DNA of 63,664 bases, filler included, from Choristocarpus tenellus KU-1152 (taxonomy: Eukaryota; Protista; Phaeophyceae): NCBI GenBank assembly GCA_964200185.2. It is 14 parts of 14 records of this genome, joined end to end, with 100 filler letters (N's around TTAATTAATTAA, not from the genome) between each part and the next. Parts side by side here need not be neighbours in the genome. Positions count along the whole stretch, not along the records: positions 35,039 to 39,552 come from CAXNAD020014208.1; positions 39,653 to 42,466 come from CAXNAD020024520.1; positions 42,567 to 45,585 come from CAXNAD020022896.1; positions 45,686 to 49,048 come from CAXNAD020020528.1; positions 49,149 to 52,375 come from CAXNAD020021405.1; 9 more parts are not named here. The stretch is one strand, 5' to 3'. Within the stretch, counting starts at the first letter, position 1. Each line of letters begins with the position of its first letter. The notes beneath the pieces were generated by a model. The model made no database searches, was not told the origin of the DNA, and saw only the letters and a program-made list of their open reading frames with translations. Shown here one piece after another: positions 38,860 to 49,946 of the stretch. The translations under genes and the position numbers were made by a program.

Positions 38860-39118
38860 GAGCCAAAGTATCTTAGAGGGTAGAGCCGCGTCCATTTGGG
38901 GGCCACAATCCAATGTTGTGATTTTGGTTTATTTTTGGCTATCGTGTTTGTTAGGAAGTGTCAATATCCTTGACCCTGACACACATTTTCATAACGTACA
39001 CATTTTGCCTACTCCGAAATATTGTGGAGTAGGAAAATATCATAAAAAACCCCATGGGAAGCCAAGCCCCAAACGGACAAACAGGGCAAAACTTGTACCC
39101 TTTAAGATACTTTCACTC
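38860..39118 (+). mobile_element. MITE family A (~260-330 bp), no TSD at this site
   Basis: TIR GAGCCAAAGTATCTTAGAGGGTA ... TACCCTTTAAGATACTTTCACTC. The flanks CAAC and GGTT do not match. Confidence 0.9.
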
Positions 39119-39552
39119 GGTTGCTACCCCCACTTCTCTTTATTTGCCACAGCCCGATTGTGTGTTAATGCATGTACATCACCGACTGTTGTATCTCAAC
39201 TGTACTACTTCGTACTGTTTTGCGCCGCCAATTTCGTGGCCCTTTGTAACCGTGGATCCCCGTGTTGCGTTGTTGCGCCCAATTAATGATTTGGAAAAAT
39301 ACTATCCTGTCTGTTTGACGCTTTCGTTCGATGCCAGGCGCGACAGGTATTCATGCCCAAAGTGCTCCATCACGCACATGGGCGAATGTGCCTACGTGGA
39401 GATTGTGGGCGACGAGAGGCAGAAGGATCGATTATGTATCAATTGCCTCATGACACAGGAGGGAAGTGAAGGGTCTGGATCGGTGGGGAATGAAGCGGCG
39501 GGTCGGGGCAGGGGCAAGGGCAAGGGTAAGGGTCACACAAGGAGCACGGGCG
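39119..39552 (+). pseudogene. Second copy of the PHD-like finger exon seen at 44350-44780 (minus strand)
   Basis: Near-identical peptide LRPINDLEKYYPVCLTLSFDARRDRYSCPKCSITHMGECAYVEIVGDERQKDRLCINC, followed by GRGRGKGKGK. Confidence 0.7.
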
Positions 39553-39923
39553 NNNNNNNNNNNNNNNNNNNNNNNNNNNNNNNNNNNNNNNNNNNNTTAA
39601 TTAATTAANNNNNNNNNNNNNNNNNNNNNNNNNNNNNNNNNNNNNNNNNNNNCCTTGGTGGTGGGGGGTCCTCTTCCTTATATTATTATCTATTACGCAC
39701 GTCATCAGACACGTCAAAATGTTTGTTGGTGTTACGATGTGCTACTATTGTTGATATTTCAATAAGATTATTGTTGTTAGTATCAGTAGTATTATTTTGG
39801 TCTTTACCTTAGTCGATGACAATTTCGACTTGTGATAAGAAGCTCTACACAAAGCCCTACTTCTCGAACTACCTACTATATCTAACACACATCTATACAT
39901 GTGCCTCTCATATGAATGTGAAG

Positions 39924-42245
39924 TGATTTACGTGATGAGCTAAACCCTCTGGTGGAAGACATCGATGTGGTGCAGGAGCGAGAGCGAGTCATGGCAAACA
40001 AGGGAGAAAAGGATGTGATCTCTGTGGATGGTCTAAAGAAGGCATTCCCGGGGGGTGGGAAGGATATCAAGGTGAGAAGATACTGTTGCAATAAAAAAGA
40101 TACTTTTGGCTGGCAATTCCAAAAATGACACTTTTTTCACTGCAACAAACTCCGGGGCCACCAAAGAAACTACTGAGAAGACAGTTCGCACTATTTTCCA
40201 TTCGAATGTGTCCAACGAGCTATTGGAGGTGGGTTATTGACTTTCTTAACACCCTTATATTAACCCTCCCTCTCCTCCACCACATACTTGCACATAAAGG
40301 TTGCGGTGCGCAATATGTGGCTGGGCATCCCTAAGGGCGAATGTTTCGGTCTGCTAGGTATCAATGGGGCTGGGAAAACCACAACCATTGCAATGCTTTG
40401 TGGTGAACAGGTGATTGAATATCCCACCCCTGGGCAAGAAATGCTCCACTAAAGCGATGGGATTAAAGTGTGTAGAGCAAAGATTGTTCAAGGTAAATTG
40501 CAGAACTGCTCAACATATTGTTCAGTTACCTACATCTGTGAATATGTTCCTGTATACAACAGGGGGGTTATTATGGCATGTTCTTAGTGGCAGGAGCACG
40601 AAAGGCGCTTGATTTTCGCATGCAATCACCATCCCTCCTGCCTTACCACCCACACCTCGTTCCTCTTTCTGTACTGCTATACCTCAGGAGCCTACAATGG
40701 GTACAGCAGCTTTGGCTGGAGTTAACGTTGCCTCCAATCCAGAGGCTGTACACCGCCTCATTGGGTATGTCTGAAATCTTCAAAGTGCACTCAAGACACA
40801 CAGATGGACAAATTGCATATAATATTCGGTGGTTGATAGGATGAGTCTTGCTAATCACTGTGCCATACGTTGACAATATTCTGTTCTATTATCACCGTTC
40901 TTCTATTTTATATTAACCCTCCCCCTCTTCACTATCCCTGCTTCTCCTCCTTCGTAGTCTATGTATCATATACAATGCATTCGATTCAGATTTCAACAGG
41001 TTATGAGCCTCACATGATTCCCCTTCCCCTATAGGTTCTGTCCTCAGTTTGATGCACTTAGCGATCTCATGACGGCACGTGAGCACCTTCAGCTGTATGC
41101 AGGCATTAAGGGGATACCTGAGGATGTGGTGGAGGCAGCAGTCGAGCAAAAGATCGCGGTAAGGTATTTTGGTCTATTTCTAAGCAAATATTTTGACAGT
41201 TTGTAAGTGCATAGTTTGGTATTCAGTGCATTCAGGTAAAACCCATAGACCTTTTCAGCCTTGCTGCAGGCATGGGTACAAAGCAAACAAAATTGAAGTG
41301 CTTATATTTGTGTGGCACATATGCTTTACTTGGACCTTGGATGGGAGTCAAGGTGTCTTAGAGGGTAGAATCGCGCCCGTTTGGGGGCCAAAATCCAATG
41401 TTGCGATTTTGATGTAATTTTGGCTATCATGTTTGTTAGGAAGTGTCAATATCCTTATTCCAGACACAACGTTTCATACCTACTCCAACAACGAATACAT
41501 TTTACCTGCTCCTAAAAATGTCGGAGCAGGAAAATATCAATAAAAAACCTGTGGGAAGTCAAGCCCCCAACGGATAAGCAGGGCAAAAATCGTACCCTCT
41601 AAGATACTTTCACTCATGGTGTACGGTTCATGGTTTATCGCAACACTCTCAGTATGCCACCTTTTCTGAAGACTCTTGTTCAATACACTGCGGGTGAACA
41701 CACTAATGTGTTACACCTCACAATGCTCTGTGACTTGGCAGGAGGTGGATCTGGGAAAGTATGCGGACAAGCTCGCGGGAGGCTATAGTGGAGGCAACAA
41801 GCGCAAACTCTCCGTAGCAATTGCAATGCTAGGATCTCCTGAGATTGTGTTCTTGGATGAGCCTTCTACTGGAGTGTGAGTTTTGTAAGGAATCAAGTTA
41901 GCCTTTTTGTGCATGGTTGCACCACCCTTTTTTTGTAGGTTATTTGCCATCAGTCTATAATCCAGCAGTATTTGATCCCCTCATCATACATCACTTCCCT
42001 ATCCTCTAAACTTTTCTTTCATTCCCACTTTGTCACCTTTTCTCACCTCACCATACCTCCCCTATCTAGGCAGTTTGACCACTTTTGTACATCCTACATA
42101 CACAACCCAACTCGTAATCTTCACTCTACCTTCCCAAACCTCACTCGATTGCCAGGGACCCTGTTGCAAGGCGATTCATGTGGGATGTAATAAGTCGAAT
42201 TGTCACCAGCAACAAGGAATGCGCCCTGGTGCTCACCACCCATAG
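39924..42245 (+). CDS. ABCA: ABC transporter subfamily A, second NBD; exons 39924-40071, 40300-40410, 40688-40764, 41035-41158, 41742-41875, 42156-42245
   Basis: [12 protein letters not shown], Walker [18 protein letters not shown]-loop GFCPQFDAL, signature [10 protein letters not shown], Walker [17 protein letters not shown] and H-loop LTTHS. All junctions are GT-AG and in frame. Confidence 0.96.
41345..41615 (+). mobile_element. MITE family A in an ABCA intron, TSD ATGG
   Basis: ATGG-GAGTCAAGGTGTCTTAGAGGGTA...TACCCTCTAAGATACTTTCACTC-ATGG. Confidence 0.93.
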
Positions 42246-42566
42246 GTAATATTCTTGCCTAAGTGCAGACAGGTGGAAGGGTAATGCTTTATCTGCGTCA
42301 GTATCTTTCTTTACATCGTCTATGCATTGAAATGGCGATTCCTGCATCAGATATTTCACGATGACATAAGTGTTTAATGCCTTGGACAGTCATTTCAGAC
42401 CTAGAGTATTGCTCGTGTTATTTTTTTACCTCAGATCCAAAGTATCTGGGGGGCGCGGGGGAGGGGNNNNNNNNNNNNNNNNNNNNNNNNNNNNNNNNNN
42501 NNNNNNNNNNTTAATTAATTAANNNNNNNNNNNNNNNNNNNNNNNNNNNNNNNNNNNNNNNNNNNN

Positions 42567-42606
42567 CCAAATGGACGCGGCTCTACCCTCTAAGATACTT
42601 TGACTC
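42567..42606 (-). mobile_element. MITE family A left end at a contig edge
   Basis: Reverse complement is GAGTCAAAGTATCTTAGAGGGTAGAGCCGCGTCCATTTGG. Confidence 0.85.
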
Positions 42607-42816
42607 AGTGTATGAGTAACGTTCCGATACAGGGCAACACACTCTTGGTGTGTTTTGACGCTTAACGTACCGATTTGGGAAACAATCTCGTGGGATGGAT
42701 TGACGCCCCTAAACCGTCACCCAGCTCGTTCTGTTACTGTTTAACGATGTCCTACACCTTCTACAAAAGAAAAAAGCGCTGCTTCTGTGAAGAAGGATAT
42801 GTGTGACGTTATTAAC

Positions 42817-45270
42817 GAAACTGTTAACGAGGAAGTGGAGGGCCGTCATGGGGATGTCCGAGGCAGCACCTTCATATTCGACGTCTATCATGGTTTAGAG
42901 TACTGGAGGAGATGCATCACGCCCGTGGCCAAATATGTCGTCGACGGTGACTCGCTTATTGCATGTGAACATTGTCCCATTGTTGTGCGCGAGAAGAATC
43001 ATGTCCTGACAACATCTGAGATAGTTATCTGTGCCTAATTGAGGGCGCCACCCCCTCCTCGCCTTCTATGTAAGGATTAGGGGATGATCCTCCACAATCA
43101 AGTCCACCTTCGACGCAGTAAGAGCCTCTGAATGAAGAGAAGGCGGGCGGGAGCGAGCGCGTGGGTCCGGCATGCGTCAAACTCGACAGTGACATCACAC
43201 AAGTAGTTATCGTAGGGATTCATGAAATCTCATACCACTAACATTCTAATCGTACAACGAGTGTGGAACAAAAGGCAAATAACCAATGCAAAAATTGCAA
43301 ACAATAGGAGATTAATTAATAATAGAAGTAAATATGGCAAAAAAATGTAGTGAAGACGAGTAACGCCAGCATGCGATTCGCGGACAATGAAACAAAGAAG
43401 TACATAGTTGCCGGGGGGAAAGAGCAAGCGACACAAAAGGAAGTAGAAGGTACGAAGGACATGAAACAACATGGGGAAAGTGAAAAATATAGGAATGCAC
43501 ACGACCTAATCCGCATCTCCTGAACAGTCGCACAATATTCGATCGGCACACGGACGGAATGATAACGGCCATGGTGGATTGCAACAGTCTCCTGCAATAC
43601 ACCCCGTATTTCAGCGCTGGTGAACTCTGCAACTCACCGTGTAGGCGGTGTGTTTGCGTGGCCCACGGGTGGGGCACAAATAGCGCGATGGTGCCCTGAG
43701 GATGCAACTTAGGCCGCAAGCACTGAAACATCTCGTGCAGGTGTGTGTTGGTCGCCTCTTTGTCTATGAGGAGTCTTGGCTCGGCGGCAATGGACACTAT
43801 GGCGAGCTTTGGCGCGTTGCGGAAGGTGGAATCACCTAGTTTGTCTAAGGATATAATGGGGTTGAGAGGGCGAAGGTCGTGTAGTGCAGTGTTCTCACTC
43901 CTGTTTGGACATCATGACACACGACACAGTAGACAGAGAGCACGACAAGAAGGACGGCATAATGAGAGACGGTGCAGGCAATCTTTTCATGAAGGGAGTT
44001 CCTGACGATATTTCCACGGCATCTCCAAAATGTCAGGCCGTACCCTCCACAACGCCAGACTCATCAAATACATCTCGTGGAAGAAGGGTAGACGTCAAAA
44101 CACTAAGTTCCATGGTCCATGGAACCCTCCAAAAACGCGACACATCCAAGGTACAAAGGACAAGCAATCCACATGATGTACAAGCAGCCAAGACCTATGT
44201 GCAAACCAACGCGAAAACAGAACGCAGAGATGACTTGTGTGTCTGTATAATGTGCAACCACGCCGAGACCCACATGAACTTCTCCATGTTGACCATTTCG
44301 CTGCGTGAGGGGGGACGTAAAAAGCGTTGCGTCGTGGGTGACCCGCCTGCGCTCCTTGCGTGAGCCTTACCCTTGCCCTTTCCCCTGCCCCGACCCGCCG
44401 CTTCGTTCCCCACCGATCCAGACCCTTCACTGCCGTCCTGTGCCATGGGGAAACTGATACATAATCGATCCTTGTGCCTCTCGTCGCCTACAATCTCCAC
44501 GTAGGCACATTCGCCCATATGCATGATAGAGCACTGTGGGCATGTATACCTGTCACGCGTGTCATCGAACAAGAGTGTTAAACAGACAGGATAGTATTTT
44601 TCGAAATCATTAATTGGGCGCAACAATTCAACGCGGGGATCCACGGTTATGAAGGACCACGAAATTGGCGGCGCAAAACAGCACGAAGTAGTACAGGTGA
44701 GATACAACAGTCGGTGATGTACATGCATTAACACACAATCGGACTGTGGCAAATAAAGAGACATGGGGGTAGCGACCGCAGCGCTGAACACAGGGGGACC
44801 CCGCAACATTCCACCGGGTTCAATGGCATGCACCACTGAAAAGATATAACGTATCTAACCGTTCGGGGGATTAGATGGAAACCAATCTTACGCTATTAAT
44901 TACACTCCGCCCTACACATGCACCGTTACAACTACATTACTCACCGAGACGTAGGTGGAGGATTGCATTCAGTAGAGCAAACGACCGCATTCCACCCTCC
45001 CTCTTCGTTTTGTTCTTCTTCTGCACCAGGAACACTGCTGACAGAACCTCCTTCGCCCGTATCCTCCCTGTCTGGCAGTCCGTCCCCTCCCTCGTCTTCT
45101 TTGTCGCGGTCATCTGATGCCGATCCGTTCTTGCTCTCAACTTCTGCGCCGCCGCCATCACAGCCCCGCCCGTTGTGAACCTAGTGGAGGTTGACCTGGT
45201 TGAGTACATCCTGGAATTTACCATCCCAGGTTGTGAGGTAAGCGCGTAGAGCCGAGTCCTTCTCGATAAT
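42817..45270 (-). pseudogene. Repeated intron-containing gene: PHD-like finger plus a putative DNA-methyltransferase-like region
   Basis: Several GT-AG exons (e.g. 43638-43900, 42817-43034, ~44200-44836), with in-frame stops. The finger exon is duplicated at 39119-39552. The methyltransferase resemblance is weak and judged by eye only. Confidence 0.45.
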
Positions 45271-45509
45271 CTAGTAGTGGAGACAGCGGTGGACGTCGTT
45301 GAGGAGAGGAGTGGACGATGGTGACGTCAAAAATGGGAGAGTGTAATGGAAGTACGATAGCGTGTCAGTCGGGCAGATCAAACGATGGTTGACGTGGTGA
45401 ACGTGTTTAATGGAGGCGGCTTGCGGGGCGAAATAGTTTTAAACAAGTCAATGTCGAGGATGCCAATCAGTATGTAGTTTATTTCAGTGACGCGTATTGG
45501 AGGCAGAAC

Positions 45510-45585
45510 AGCCAAAGTATCTTAGAGGGTAGAGCCTCTAAGATTGGGGGTCAAAAGACAATGTTGTGATTTTGATGTAGTTTTG
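45510..45585 (+). mobile_element. MITE family A left end at a contig edge
   Basis: AGCCAAAGTATCTTAGAGGGTAGAGCC...GGGGGTCAAAAGACAATGTTGTGATTTTGATG. Confidence 0.85.
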
Positions 45586-45696
45586 NNNNNNNNNNNNNNN
45601 NNNNNNNNNNNNNNNNNNNNNNNNNNNNNTTAATTAATTAANNNNNNNNNNNNNNNNNNNNNNNNNNNNNNNNNNNNNNNNNNNNAAAGGCTTAAA

Positions 45697-46175
45697 GGTG
45701 AGTACCTGGGGGGGGGGCTGTGGCGGCTGTCCATTTGGGGTCAATTTTTTCGTGTCACGATTTTTGTGTGATTTGGTTGTATACGTCGGATGGATATTGT
45801 AACTGCACTTTTCCTGGTTTTGGCCCAAATTGACACCCTGGGGTAGAACGCCGCCCGCCGCCCGCCCCCCAGGTACTTTGGGTCTAAAGTATGTTAGGGT
45901 TAGGGTTAGGGTAGAGCCACGTTCGTTTGGGGGTCAAAATCCCATGTTGCAATTTTGATGTAGTTTTGGCTATCGTGTTTGTCAGGAAGTGTCAATATCC
46001 TTTTTCCGGACACACCTTTTCACAGTTTTATACATGAAACCTACTCCAAAATGTATACATTTTACCAATTCTGAAAAAATATGGGATTGGAAAAATGTCT
46101 TAAAAAAACAGTGGGGAGTCAAGCCCCAAATGAACAAACAGGGCAAAGTCCTTACGCTCTGAGATATATTTACTC
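45697..46175 (+). mobile_element. MITE B (45697-45884) nested in or abutting the left end of a MITE A (to 46175)
   Basis: The B copy is flanked by TAAA on both sides. The A body follows and ends GAGATATATTTACTC. Confidence 0.75.
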
Positions 46176-46508
46176 TCTTTCTGTCATACTTTTATGTACC
46201 TCTTTCATAGTAATGATATTGCACTCTTCAACTCCACTAATATGCTTACTCCCCTGTAACAACACACAAGTTTCAAAGGGCCCCATGGGGTTAGGGCGTA
46301 GCCTGGGTCAAGAATCTAAGGTTCAGGATTTGTGAGAGGAGAGAGTTGAAAAATGTTGCAGAAAAAACGCCAGGTCATCTTCATTGGTTATTATCCAGTT
46401 AGTCTGGATACACTCATGTGTACTGACAGGAAGAAATTGTAGAATTCTTGTGGGAATAGGCAGGACGGTATGACTGTCAAAGAAAACCAGTAGTGGTATG
46501 AAGTATCG

Positions 46509-46562
46509 TATGTGTACCGTAATTGGTATATGTGTACCATAATTGGTATATGTGTACCATAA
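46509..46562. repeat. 20-bp tandem repeat (TATGTGTACCATAATTGGTA, ~2.6 units)
   Basis: Seen directly. Confidence 0.9.
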
Positions 46563-46962
46563 GTGGTGGTAGAACGACTAATGTCATACCGGTCTTGTTT
46601 GCATCAATCCCCCCATATCTTGTTTGCAGAAGTCTCCAATTTGTCCTCAAAAACGGCGACCTTCCGATTTAAAAAAAATAAAATCACTTCTTTGGTGCTG
46701 GTACTATGTGCAGTATGTGGAGATCTTGAATATCTAACAATATTGATAGGATACAAAACACCCACTGAGACAAGCATCGCAATGTATTTCTAGAACAACA
46801 TTGCATGTGTTACCAACTTACTCAATATAGCAGCAGCACCCAGGGCACATTAGATATACATATATACATATACACATATACATACTCCAGTATATACATA
46901 TGCATTCTCCAGTATATACATTTAAAGTTCTCATGTTTTCGCATAGGATGTTCGTTGTGAGA

Positions 46963-47026
46963 GTGACAGACAACATTGTCAGACAGTGACAGACAACAAT
47001 GTCAGACAATGACAGACAACAATGTC
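46963..47026. repeat. 23-bp tandem repeat (TGACAGACAACAATGTCAGACAA, ~3 units)
   Basis: Seen directly. Confidence 0.9.
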
Positions 47027-48008
47027 CGCTGGAGTTAGAACTGGTGACTCACAACAAAGTGCAGCACCAACAAGTCCAAGAAGATGTGAGTAATAAATTA
47101 TTACTTTTATTATCAATATCATTATTACTTTTATTTACTTAGTCCTGATAATGCACTTTTTTGGTGTAACTAAATTTTCTGATCTCGAATCGCTGGTGTA
47201 TTATAATAATTATTATTATTAGTACCACTGTTATTTCTATTATTGCTACTAATATTGCTATATTATTATATATTATTATTTGTGTTGGTGTTCTAAGGGG
47301 TCCTAGATTCATTGTCCAAAGGTAGTCATAATAAATAAACGCACAATGCTTGAGAAGATGCAAAATTCAAAAGAAGGAACAATATTAGGGTAAGGGTATT
47401 CAAAAGAAGGCAGCGAAGGGAAAAGAAACTAGAAAAAAAAGAAAAATATATCAGTGTGCCTATCAAGGGTAACCAGGAGAAACATATCAATAGCTGTACT
47501 GCACAAACCCCCAATACCAGAGATATAGGGTTAGTGTTACCTCAATACTGCTGTCACACATCGCCAGGTCTTACAATAGGAAAATGGGATACATATATAT
47601 ATATATATTATATGTATGTATATAATCAATGGAACACCCATTCCAATCCGAAGCACTGCTCTTCATTTTTAGGAGAAAGACAAGAGGGACGCAAGAATAA
47701 TCAGCCCAATAAGGGGAGAGAGACAACTGTTGAGAAAAAGTGGGATGCTGCAGAGATCCATGAGTCCTCATGTGGTTGGGCTTCTATGGCTGCGACTATA
47801 TCATGATAATATGAGGTATTGCTAAAATAAAAATATAAATAATAATATTAATATAATAGTAATAGTAATAATAGTAAAAATAATGTGCAAAATAACGCCT
47901 CTCATACATTTGAAGAACGCCTCTTTGTGCCGTCAACCTCGCACTGCATATGACATTGAACCAATCGGGCGCATTGTTCCCGCAATAAATCCAACCCTAA
48001 CCCTAGAC

Positions 48009-48337
48009 GATCCAAAGCAATTGAGAGGGTATGAGTTTTGCCCTGTTTGTCTGTTCAGTGCTTGGCTTCCCCTGAAATTTGTTTTTTGCCCTTTTTGGAA
48101 TTTCTGTGTGAACACAATTATCTGAAATGTGTATGACTATAAAAAGGTGTGTATGACTATAAAAAGGTGTGTATGACTATAAAAAGGTGTATATGACTAT
48201 AAAAAGGTGTGTCCGGAGGAAGGATATTGACACTTGTATGACTATACAAACACGATAGCCAAGACTACATCAAAATTGCAACATGGTATTTTGACCCCCA
48301 AACGGACGCAGCCCTACCCTCCAAAGTGCTTTGACTC
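48009..48337 (-). mobile_element. MITE family A, TSD AGAC, with an internal 20-bp tandem expansion
   Basis: AGAC-GATCCAAAGCAATTGAGAGGGTA...TACCCTCCAAAGTGCTTTGACTC-AGAC; TGTGTATGACTATAAAAAGG x4 at ~48128-48210. Confidence 0.9.
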
Positions 48338-49169
48338 AGACCTCATTTTATTTTTATTCTGTTTTTGAATAATAGATTCGTTTTCATATATTTCCAGTAA
48401 TGTGCATGTGCATAAATATGTGCTATGTACTCAATAGAGATAGTGTTCAGGAATCCCACTGTCACGAATCCCACAGTCAGGAATCACACTGTGGTCAGTA
48501 CCTTGACAGAACAAGAGGTCAAGAGGTCATAATGGCGCACTAGAAATGACTTGGTAGTATCCAATTTGTTCAAAAACGGAATTCAGGCAAAGATCCCTAA
48601 AGAACAACCCAGAAATGTTCTTCCACTCTTCTTGGCTGCATGGTCATTATATATATAAATTGCCTTCAACAGACTTTCTAGCAAGATCTATGTCGGCAGC
48701 GAATCAGTTTCACCAAATGTTAAGAACAAAGAAAATTACTAATACTAGGTACTAGTGCTTTCCTCTGTATTTTTCGAATTCAAATTTGAATCTAACAAAT
48801 ATATATATACATATATTTCTTGTTTATTGTATATTACTCACCCATAGCAACAAGTGCAACATAAATGCGTGCAATCTAAATCTCACAAAATTGCGTGGGG
48901 GAGGCTACGTTCTGTGCTTACAGTCAAATAAATCCAAGGGAATCTAGGATTCTCACTACTTTCTCGCTCCCCCCCCACCCCCCCCCACCCCCCCCCCCCC
49001 CTCCCCATTTGTCTTTTTTGTGTTTAGGTAAAAATATGATAATAATATNNNNNNNNNNNNNNNNNNNNNNNNNNNNNNNNNNNNNNNNNNNNTTAATTAA
49101 TTAANNNNNNNNNNNNNNNNNNNNNNNNNNNNNNNNNNNNNNNNNNNNAAAAAACCCCCACAGTAAACC

Positions 49170-49204
<35 letters not shown>

Positions 49205-49946
49205 CCCCTTCCCCCCCCCCCCCCCCCCCCCCATCCCAACCTTCCCACACACAACTGGAAAAATTAAATTGCAAGCTATCCCATCCACAACTCTGGGTGC
49301 CACTAGGTCTACCAAAGCTCCACCACTACAGGAGAAAAGCATGTGATGTGGCAAAGTACATACCATTTGATTCCGACAGGAATAAAGTGGCAATGGGGAG
49401 ATCAACAAGTGCACTCAGGTATACCCTGACATCGCACTCAAATTCACCTCATCAGCCCTACCACAAAACAGACGATATCACTTCATAAAGAGACTAAGCT
49501 CGGACGAAATAACCATGCCTGAATGCAATAGAGCAAACTAAAACTGCATGGCTTGAATGATTAGCGAATCATTTAAAAGAAATTCAAACTTTTTTTCTAA
49601 ACAGAAGTCGGAATTTCCAAGTACTGTAAGAGTATTTCGCAGAGCCTTTTTCAGACTGCTGGGTCAAAAGTTTCAAAATCCTGGTCGATACTACGTGTTC
49701 CCGTTCCTCTTCTACTGCAGACCATGGCAACCTGGTTGCCCACGCCGATGGAGATGACCAAGTAGCGTAGCTCACATTCACATTCAAACACCAACACACA
49801 AGAGCTTGTCAACACACATGCCTGCACCTCCTAACACACACAAAATCAACTTGTTCTTCAGCGGCTAGACTCTTACAAGAGATACGCACGCACACAACGC
49901 ACGAGATAGTCACGCAAGCACACAACGCACGGGACAGAACACTCAC

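Noticed and set aside
41345-41615. MITE A acting as an introner (intron-generating element)
   Set aside because: Copies lie inside existing introns or intergenic DNA, and none coincides with splice boundaries.
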